From NCBI GenBank assembly GCA_020891255.1, contig BQFW01000001.1:2356001-2420000 (forward strand): a DNA stretch of 64,000 bases. The letters run 5' to 3'. Made by a program: the position numbers and the translations under genes. Positions 54,960 through 64,000 of this stretch are shown piece by piece; position 1 is the stretch's first letter; each line of letters begins with the position of its first letter. Source of the DNA: Entomortierella parvispora E1425. Lineage: Eukaryota; Fungi; Mortierellomycota. Under the pieces are notes generated by a model. That model was not told where the DNA came from. It saw nothing but the letters and a program-made list of their open reading frames with translations, and made no database searches.

Positions 54960-57900
54960 ATTGTAATGGACCATGCAGAAGTTCCGTTTGAACTTGGATG
55001 TTCGATTGTTTTTATTTCTTCTATTTGAAAAAAAGGAGCTATAATGATCTGCGGTCGGTCAAATATCTTCTCTCATGGCAAACGTGAAGCCTCTCTTGCT
55101 CACACTCGACTTTGATGTGATGCCTGGTGCATGGTCTGCTCTGATTCGGTTTCGCTGTGTTGTCTGCTCGAGTGAGGCTGCCGATACGTGGTCCACTAGG
55201 GTTCTGCTTCTGTGCATGGTCTTCTTGTTTCTGAGATCCTCGCTTGGGCCAAAAGATCCCGCTGAGAGCAGAAGGAAGACCCACCCGCCATCCCTAACCT
55301 CCTCCGCCTCAGCCAACTGTTTTTGCATTGTCATGGCCGCCGGATCAAATCATCCAGTAGCCGCCCAGAGTCCCTGCCCAAAATGAGTTAAGAGGTGAGT
55401 AGTCCATAGTACAAAGTCAATCATCAGTCAAATAGCAAGCATTCAGACAGTTGCTGCTCTTGCTCCACTCAATCCCAACAATCATAGACAAACACCACGC
55501 TGCACTTCCTGTTGCCAGGATTGACGCAAGAAGTCTAGAGGAGTTTCACTGCTTCCGGTCCCAGAAGAACAAGAGACAGATTCAGACCCACAGCTCATAG
55601 TCCGCCTTTCGAAATCTGCACAAAATGCCGAAATAAATGACAGAGAGCTTTGCTGGGTTCTAGATCAACACACTTTCTATCCCCAAGGAAGGCGCCTTCA
55701 CGATCTAGAGGGGTAAAGACCACGTTTCACTTCCCAAACTCCCCAACGGAAAGACGTGAGATCTTTAAAGTCATCTTGACAAGAAGTTGCCGATTTCTGT
55801 TGCCAGAGCTCAGCAACCCAAACTGCCAAAAGGACTTTGAAAAAAAAAAATGTATCCACGGTCCTGTTGAAGGACTGGGTGGAAGAGGGAGTGCGCGCAA
55901 CCATATATACGCTTCGATCGCTGACACGGTCATCCAGTGCCAGAAAAGGGCTGCTAGTATATGGGTGTATGATACGACGCTTCGATCTTCGAGGCGGTAA
56001 TCCTGCTGCATCATACGGTTGTTAGCCCACGTTCAGGTTTGGGAGTGCAAACGCAGGACTAAAATGGTATTGCCAATAGGCGCCCTGTTGCCAGGGCACG
56101 TCTCGGCTCGACCAACCGAGACGATCGATTTAACCGTTGCCGGAAAGAGTTGCTACGTTGGTCCTTGTGTGCAGGAGACTAGGGCCTAGGGTAGCCGGAG
56201 TCCTCCTCAATCTAACTACGGGTCCTAGGAGTGCACCACGATTTCGAAGGTATGAGGCTGGTTCCATAAAGGATTCATCTCAGGGACCCTCTCAACTCCT
56301 TGTAATTATCGCCAGAACGGCTAAGCCCCCAACACCTTCCGTGATGAATGACAGCCACAAAGAGGGGGAACCAAGGGCATCTCAAGAGACACCCAAGGCA
56401 GCGTGAACAGAAACGGACACGCGGAGTTTGATAGCCACAGCGCGAAACATACATGGACTATAATGGGATAAAAAAAAAAAGGGCCCACCATGCTTTGCCA
56501 GGACACGACGGCACAGCTCGCAAGCCTCCAGTCCTTCTTTTGGATTCTGTCACCAGAAAACGGCAGTTGAACCACAAGCTGCAAATCACGCTTCTGTTCC
56601 TTGTTGCCAGGGCAAGAAACATGAAATCCCCTTCATCCTCTCACCAAAACTGAATCTGATGAAGAGATGAAAGAAAGAAAAGGGATGGAAGAGCAAGAGA
56701 GAGACACACCCACACCAATACTTAACTTGTGTACCAGAAACCACCACAGAGCGGCGCTACGCAACAGGGGCCAGCGATGCGAGAGAGTCTGCAGAGCGTT
56801 CAGTGAGAAAAGGGAACTTGTGAGAATGCATGGAAGATGACCAGCCAACATACACAAAAGGCAACAAACACGAAAGCAAAAAAAAGAGCCATAACTTACC
56901 AGAGAGAGCCACCCGCAAGCACACCATACATGTCCAGGACAGATGGATCGAGGCCACGACCAAGGCAACCACTATTTCCAAGGAAAAGCAAATACAAGGA
57001 ATAGAGAGAAATGAGTCAACACTGAGCTGGCGGGCGCAGTCGACATTGACGCGTGAGAGAAAATGTCGAAATGAAAGCCGGTCATTAAAGCATGAGAAGC
57101 AAAAAAAAAAAAGAGAGACAGAGTGAAAGGAATGGTGGTTGTGAACCAAGGACATACAAGAACGAAACAACAGAGAGGAGCAAAGTTGGAGTGTGGGTTG
57201 TTCAAGGAGAGGCACTTACCAGTCAGGCTACCATGGAGAGAAAAGGCGGAAAGAGCGACGAGAAAAGCCAAGCCCGAGCGATGTATATGTATGAATCACA
57301 TATGGACCCCTTAAAAATCGACAATCATTCCCTGCTCGAATCCACCCCCCAACGAGTTCAGCTGGCTGGATGCACTCCTCAAGGGCTATCAGGGGAGTGC
57401 ACGCACCCATTCAACAGCTATCAAAGAACTCGGAGAACAAAAAGTTTATAAAATGACTAGGAGGAGCTTGCCGCCCAAGCGAGTCAGTGCTCGTGTGCGT
57501 TGCACACGAGAGCACAGCACACGCGCGTTTTACAAAAAACCTAATTGACATTTAAGCATGCCCCTGAACCCCTGGCACATCTTTTTGAGTGTCGGACTAA
57601 CATCCCTTGCGTGCCACCCTCTTCTTCACTCACACTTCCAACGTACATGTACAATGCTGATTAGCAACAGGCACAAAAGATCGAACACTCTCAACTGCCG
57701 CTCCTGGGCATGGTCCAACTCCCGGTTCGCCAGCTTGGCCCTGCTGAGGTTTCAGCTCTCAAAGGCGCCTCAAAGTCTCCAAGAGTCTGCCTGTCTGACA
57801 GGAAGACTCCCTCCATGAAGTTCAAACCTGGCGCTTATTACTTATCATACTTCAATGGTGTTTTGTCCTCCCAAGTGAAAGGTCTCTTCTCGAGTACCGT

Positions 57901-60447
57901 CATCAATCAATAAAAGTTCTGCGACAAGCACAGCTCTCCACAGCCTGAAGAATCCAACCGTCGAGAATTCCTCTTCTCCACACTCAAAGGCACACCCACC
58001 ACTGACCGTGCATTTGGACTCTGTTGAGGAGTGAATCCAGCCAACTGAACACGTTGGGGGGTGGATTCGAGCAGGGAATGATTGTCGATTTTTAAGGGGT
58101 CCATATGTGATTCATATATATACATCGCTCGGGCTTGGCTTTTTTCGTCGCTCTTTCCGCCTTTTCTCTCCATGGTAGCCTGACTGGTAAGTGCCTCTCC
58201 TTGAACAACCCACACTCCAACTTTGCTCCTCTCTGTTGTTTCGTTCTTGTATGTCCTTGGTTCACAACCACCATTCCTTTCACTCTGTCTCTCTTTTTTT
58301 TTTTTGCTTCTCATGCTTTAATGACCGGCTTTCATTTCGACATTTTCTCTCACGCGTCAATGTCGACTGCGCCCGCCAGCTCAGTGTTGACTCATTTCTC
58401 TCTATTCCTTGTATTTGCTTTTCCTTGGAAATAGTGGTTGCCTTGGTCGTGGCCTCGATCCATCTGTCCTGGACATGTATGGTGTGCTTGCGGGTGGCTC
58501 TCTCTGGTAAGTTATGGCTCTTTTTTTTGCTTTCGTGTTTGTTGCCTTTTGTGTATGTTGGCTGGTCATCTTCCATGCATTCTCACAAGTTCCCTTTTCT
58601 CACTGAACGCTCTGCAGACTCTCTCGCATCGCTGGCCCCTGTTGCGTAGCGCCGCTCTGTGGTGGTTTCTGGTACACAAGTTAAGTATTGGTGTGGGTGT
58701 GTCTCTCTCTTGCTCTTCCATCCCTTTTCTTTCTTTCATCTCTTCATCAGATTCAGTTTTGGTGAGAGGATGAAGGGGATTTCATGTTTCTTGCCCTGGC
58801 AACAAGGAACAGAAGCGTGATTTGCAGCTTGTGGTTCAACTGCCGTTTTCTGGTGACAGAATCCAAAAGAAGGACTGGAGGCTTGCGAGCTGTGCCGTCG
58901 TGTCCTGGCAAAGCATGGTGGGCCCTTTTTTTTTTATCCCATTATAGTCCATGTATGTTTCGCGCTGTGGCTATCAAACTCCGCGTGTCCGTTTCTGTTC
59001 ACGCTGCCTTGGGTGTCTCTTGAGATGCCCTTGGTTCCCCCTCTTTGTGGCTGTCATTCATCACGGAAGGTGTTGGGGGCTTAGCCGTTCTGGCGATAAT
59101 TACAAGGAGTTGAGAGGGTCCCTGAGATGAATCCTTTATGGAACCAGCCTCATACCTTCGAAATCGTGGTGCACTCCTAGGACCCGTAGTTAGATTGAGG
59201 AGGACTCCGGCTACCCTAGGCCCTAGTCTCCTGCACACAAGGACCAACGTAGCAACTCTTTCCGGCAACGGTTAAATCGATCGTCTCGGTTGGTCGAGCC
59301 GAGACGTGCCCTGGCAACAGGGCGCCTATTGGCAATACCATTTTAGTCCTGCGTTTGCACTCCCAAACCTGAACGTGGGCTAACAACCGTATGATGCAGC
59401 AGGATTACCGCCTCGAAGATCGAAGCGTCGTATCATACACCCATATACTAGCAGCCCTTTTCTGGCACTGGATGACCGTGTCAGCGATCGAAGCGTATAT
59501 ATGGTTGCGCGCACTCCCTCTTCCACCCACTCCTTCAACAGGACCGTGGATACATTTTTTTTTTTCAAAGTCCTTTTGGCAGTTTGGGTTGCTGAGCTCT
59601 GGCAACAGAAATCGGCAACTTGTTCTTGTCAAGATGACTTTAAAGATCTCACGTCTTTCCGTTGGGGAGTTTGGGAAGTGAAACGTGGTCTTTACCCCTC
59701 TAGATCGTGAAGGCGCCTTCCTTGGGGATAGAAAGTGTGTTGATCTAGAACCCAGCAAAGCTCTCTGTCATTTATTTCGGCATTTTGTGCAGATTTCGAA
59801 ATGCGGACTATGAGCTGTGGGTCTGAATCTGTCTCTTGTTCTTCTGGGACCGGAAGCAGTGAGACTCCTCTAGACTTCTTGCGTCAATCCTGGCAACAGG
59901 AAGTGCAGCGTGGTGTTTGTCTATGATTGTTGGGATTGAGTGGAGCAAGAGCAGCAACTGTCTGAATGCTTGCTATTTGACTGATGATTGACTTTGTACT
60001 ATGGACTACTCACCTCTTAACTCATTTTGGGCAGGGACTCTGGGCGGCTACTGGATGATTTGATCCGGCGGCCATGACAATGCAAGAACAGTTGGCTGAG
60101 GCGGAGGAGGTTAGGGATGGCGGGTGGGTCTTCCTTCTGCTCTCAGCGGGATCTTTTGGCCCAAGCGAGGATCTCAGAAACAAGAAGACCATGCACAGAA
60201 GCAGAACCCTAGTGGATCACATATCGGCAGCCTCACTCGAGCAGACAACACAGCGAAACCGAATCAGAGCAGACCATGCACCAGGCATCACATCAAAGTC
60301 GAGTGTGAGCAAGAGAGGCTTCACGTTTGCCATGAGAGAAGATATTTGACCGACCGCAGATCATTATAGCTCCTTTTTTCAAATAGAAGAAATAAAAACA
60401 ATCGAACATCCAAGTTCAAACGGAACTTTTGCATGGTCCATTACAAT
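54960..60447. repeat. Large inverted duplication: arms 54960-57382 and 58024-60447, 641-bp unique spacer
   Basis: Arms are reverse complements; about 15 differences found by eye in about 2.42 kb. The ORF track shows mirror-image ORFs in the two arms. Confidence 0.97.
58113..60447 (+). ncRNA. Putative spliced long non-coding (or micro-ORF) transcription unit; mirror copy on the - strand at about 54960-57293
   Basis: TATA-like CATATATATAC at 58113; GTAAGT donors at 58187 and 58507 with AG acceptors at 58434 and 58617; further branch/acceptor signals (GCTAAC 59379, CTTAAC 60016); AATAAA at 60391; no family-like ORF. Confidence 0.4.
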
Positions 60448-60642
60448 CGCCTGCTACATGATGACTGCCGGTCATCTTTTCTTGCCATGGGCAATTTTGT
60501 TCTGGATTGATCATGATTGTATGTTGTGACGAAAGCGGCGTCGCATCCTTTGGCAGTTGACCAATGAGAGAATCATGGAACAATGGGAAGCAGGCACTGG
60601 CCACCACGTTCTTCAGTTTTTTGTTTTTGCAATACCATTTTA

Positions 60643-61458
60643 TTATGTGTAGGTCAGCACCTTCTCCCGAATCTCCTGATCCCACCCGTACTTCCAGAGA
60701 GTCGATCCCTCGGCCCAATTTTTCTCCACCTCTCCAAACCCAAGCCTGTCAATCTCCTCCAGGCACCCTGCCATAATCAGATTCAGAGTCCCATGCAACA
60801 CGGCCTTGAACGGTGACAACCCTTCAAAGTCATCCAAGATCGTCTGTAAACCAGGGCCCAGATAGTTGCTGTACAGGTCTGTGTCATCCCCAGTGTCTAA
60901 CTTGGACCTCAACCCCGCCTCCACTTTGGTCGAGATCCTTTTTTTGATTAGGGGTAGGAAATGACAGATCGATGGTGGCTCACCGCAGATGTAATTTGTC
61001 TCATGACAATCCGTCATCGTCCAAAGGAGGCCGTCCCCACCGTCACCTGTGCCCCTATGGTTGGGCGCCGCGAACTTTGGTAGGACACGTTCTGGTGGGA
61101 TATTCTCGACACAATTTCCTGTAAAATTAGGCTCGTCCTTGAAGATGGCCTCGAATGCTTTTCCGGACAGATCCACGTCCCATGCATTTTGAGCCCTCGT
61201 CACGGATTCTTGAAGGATCTGAATCGCTTCTTGCAACTGGGTTTGGGTGATGGCCATTTCCAAGGGCAGGTCCTGAAAGAGCATGGATCCGATGTTGGTC
61301 CGAAGGAGATCAAAGTAGTGGCTGGACACGATCTGGTACTTGTCTGCAAAGACATGAGGTACCTCTCTTTGGCATTGTCTGTCGCAGGCCAAGGTCAAAC
61401 CCGGTAAAGAGCACAGAGGGAGGAGGAAGAAAGGGAGGACCAGAAGAAGACGGGCCAT
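60643..61458 (-). CDS. Secreted Cys-rich hypothetical protein (intronless)
   Basis: MARLLLVLPFFLLPLCSLPGLTLA signal peptide, then CDRQCQREV..FADKY and CHETNYICGEPPSICHF. Confidence 0.78.
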   Translation of the reverse strand: MARLLLVLPFFLLPLCSLPGLTLACDRQCQREVPHVFADKYQIVSSHYFDLLRTNIGSMLFQDLPLEMAITQTQLQEAIQILQESVTRAQNAWDVDLSGKAFEAIFKDEPNFTGNCVENIPPERVLPKFAAPNHRGTGDGGDGLLWTMTDCHETNYICGEPPSICHFLPLIKKRISTKVEAGLRSKLDTGDDTDLYSNYLGPGLQTILDDFEGLSPFKAVLHGTLNLIMAGCLEEIDRLGFGEVEKNWAEGSTLWKYGWDQEIREKVLTYT

Positions 61459-62137
61459 TTGGATCATTGAGGGAGAAAGGAATAGGGGAGAAGGCAAGGT
61501 ACCTCTCTCAAATAAAAAATAAGGTCTCTTTGTTTGTTTTCTTGTTTGTGTAGATGCTGTTGTACCGGGGGTGTAACTGTTGTTCAGCAAGACAGTGTGT
61601 CCAACAAGTCGTTAGCATCTCAGGCATGCCATTTCCACAAAAAGACAAATGAGCCTCGCAATGCATCATGAACTTACGGAAAGGGAAGGGTTTTTTTGTG
61701 AGAGAGGGAATGTAAAGATGCAGGGGTGAAAGGAAGAGGTGATGAGAGGCTCTTATGGCCAGGGTATCTTGCAACGATGCGATGAATGAGGAAAGAAATG
61801 CAGGAATGGAAGGAAGAGATGGATTCGATCAGTTCAAAGGGTCTCCTCTCGTTTTCTTTTGATGCAAAAGGTTAGGGCGTTGTCTCTCTTTTCTCTGGGC
61901 CTGATTGCTGTGCCACAGAATTGCCTGCCACTGCGCCCATTTCCGCCACGAGCAGAGACAAGTGGACAGAGTTTCGCCCTTCCTTCCTCCTTTTCAATTG
62001 CATCCAACCAAGTTTAATCCCTCTGCTCATCCTGAACATCCACCTATATCAAAAGCCTGTATTTATTTCCTAGCAGGAAAAAATGAGTCGTACATCGTTC
62101 TCTTTTCTCCACTGCCTATTCATCTCCTTTTCCACCT

Positions 62138-63091
62138 CTATCCAAGAAGAGGGGCGGACTCTCCTGACTGGCGACCGACCAAACGGAACACAAAAGGCTT
62201 GAGGGTATAAGCAGCAACAGCAATACCCAAGCCCAACGAGGTCCAGTGAATCGCTGCATCATCCTGCTGCGAGAAAACGCCAAAGAGGTACCAGGCCAAG
62301 ACCAAGGCGCCAGCGACATCTCCTTGCTTGTACTCGATGTATCCAATCACGGTCGATGCAATGAACGCCAATCCTGCAATTGCTAACACGGTCTGGAAAG
62401 TCGAGGGAATACCCTCCTCATTCGCAGGCGACAGGATCGCAAACACGTTGATGATCAACAAAACAAAGATCCAAGCGTGGTACAGGGAGAAGGGCAAATG
62501 CAAAAAGATCATGTCCAGCAACGACTCTGAATCCTCATAGTTGGCCTTGAGTCGGTAGTAGATAAAAGAGACGGCTCCAGTGGCCAAGAACAAGGCAAAG
62601 AGCGCCAAGATGGTATGTCCAGAGCTCTATTGTGTGAACGCGTATTCATGTGTGAATATAGGCGAAAGAGTGGGCATTTGTTATGAGTCAGTTGAAAAGA
62701 GAGGGTCAGGGAAAGAGAGCCAAGTAACTCTCGTCAGAATGACGTTCCTGGTTTTTGACCAAAAAAAAGTAGAAGAAAACAGGGGAGTTACCCAGAGAGC
62801 AAGCCAGATAGCGTTAAAGACCGTAGCCATGACAAAGTGCCAACCAGCAGCCTGGTGGACCTTGTCCGTGAACCACTGGTAGACGACCATGCCGCCAAGC
62901 AAGAAGTGAATCAACGTCCAGATGTAGAAGGTGTAGGCGGCGGGGGTAATGAACGACTTGTGCTTGGAATCATAGGGCGAGTCCTGGTCCCGGTCGCCAC
63001 CAAAGGTGGAGTAGAGGTTGCCAGAGAGCAAAGTCAAGTAGACAATGATGTTGGCGATCTTGGAGATCGAATGCTCGAATTGGATAGCCAT
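62138..63091 (-). CDS. Multi-pass membrane protein, TspO/tryptophan-rich-sensory-like fungal family (2 exons)
   Basis: ITPAAYTFYIWTLIH, HLPFSLYHAW, GDVAGALVLAWYLFGV; about 7 hydrophobic segments; intron at about 62628-62790. Confidence 0.75.
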
Positions 63092-64000
63092 GGCGGAGAC
63101 GGAAGGGGATGAGGTGAATCCAAATTGAATGGAGAAGAAAGAAAGGAAAAAAACAGAGAGACAGACAGCCAAGGAAATAAAATGAGAGCCTTTTTCCCTG
63201 TCTGCCTGACTGGCTGACCATGCCTGCTTGGCACCCTTTCTCTCCCTATGTGGCCATCATTGGCATACTGTATTGGTCTAACGTGAACACAGTTTCACAA
63301 GGTCAATTCAATTGGTGGCTTAAAGTAAAAAAAAACTAAGAAAAGTCACTCTGTGCGTGAACACCGTGAAGGCGAAAATCGCATCGGGGCGAGGGACAGG
63401 GTAGTTAAGTCTTTTAAGGGGTTTTGGGCTGGGCTTTTTATGTTGGAGTTGGTGGCGCGACTGCATTGCACGCTGCATGCTTTCCGCGAACCATTCAACC
63501 ATTCTTAACACCCTTCCTTCTTACTCACTCTAATTCTCAAGATCTCAAGATCCAGAGCGCCTCGTTTCTTTCCTTTCTTCCCCCTCCTTCGCCAAACTAT
63601 CCCTACCGACTGCTCACTATTTTTTCCCACGCTGGACAACCATTAGCCAACGTTTCATCTCCAAACGAGGGAAGATTGCATGTTCAGTTCCCAGAGCCAT
63701 TGGGCGGCAAGGACAACCCAACCCAATGTAGACTTCAATGCGACAACAACTGCTCTTCATGCGCTGGGTATGTTTGCACATTGTCGCACTGTCTGCTTTA
63801 GCATGGAAAACATGGCTGCATAGCGAAAGAAGGATTGGATGTTCATTCGCTTTCTTTGGTGTCTAATGAAGTTCATGCGACTTCGGGATCTAGCTCCTCA
63901 GGGTCATCTTCATCAGCATATGCATTACCACTATCTGAACAGGGGTGAAATGAACGAGAACCAAAACGAAAGAGCGCAAGCTGGTTCGAGTGCAAGCAAT

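Noticed and set aside
55281-55292. Telomerase RNA template (CCCTAACC) in the arm; also CCCTAGGCCCTAG near 59214
   Set aside because: Too short to be diagnostic, the first is on the strand opposite the inferred transcript, and no pseudoknot or three-way junction could be identified by eye.
56341-56470. C/D snoRNA (perfect C box GTGATGA)
   Set aside because: No D box CTGA at a suitable distance and no terminal stem.
55039-60369. Short ORFs of 60-150 aa in the palindrome arms as protein genes
   Set aside because: Low-complexity, overlapping in several frames, crossing apparent introns and homopolymer runs; no family resemblance.
54960-60447. Autonomous TIR transposon or DIRS element
   Set aside because: No transposase, RT or recombinase ORF, no TSD and no recognised terminal motif.

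Overview
Gene-dense, intron-rich fungal chromosome segment. The gene content (calreticulin, P5B ATPase, SppA, PA/Fn3 subtilase) and GT-AG intron style suggest an early-diverging fungus, probably Mucoromycota/Mortierellaceae (inference). About 23 spliced protein-coding genes can be supported: YCG1, DPY30, MRPL20, acid sphingomyelinase, FIP1, P5B ATPase, bestrophin-like channel, LTO1, a hypothetical protein, S8 protease, RRP43, RPC40, DRS1, F-box/WD40, FAHD1, paxillin-like LIM protein, SppA, calreticulin, MSC2-type Zn transporter, mitochondrial MnmA, EFM5, a secreted Cys-rich protein and a TspO-like membrane protein. Two regions are not explained by proteins. (1) 35.2-36.0 kb holds three copies of an unannotated 86-96 nt RNA-polymerase-III-like unit. 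Each has a paired 5'/3' stem with a compensatory base change, a B-box hairpin, an oligo-T terminator, conserved ends and a variable middle. The layout resembles vault RNA or a degenerate tRNA, and two of the copies are head-to-head. (2) 54960-60447 is a ~99% identical 2.4-kb inverted duplication. Each arm looks like a multi-intron transcription unit with no recognisable ORF and carries a cluster of RFX X-box-like / GCAA-tetraloop motifs. Gene ends are exact where start or stop codons were read directly. Internal exon boundaries were checked by eye only in part, and no database searches were run.
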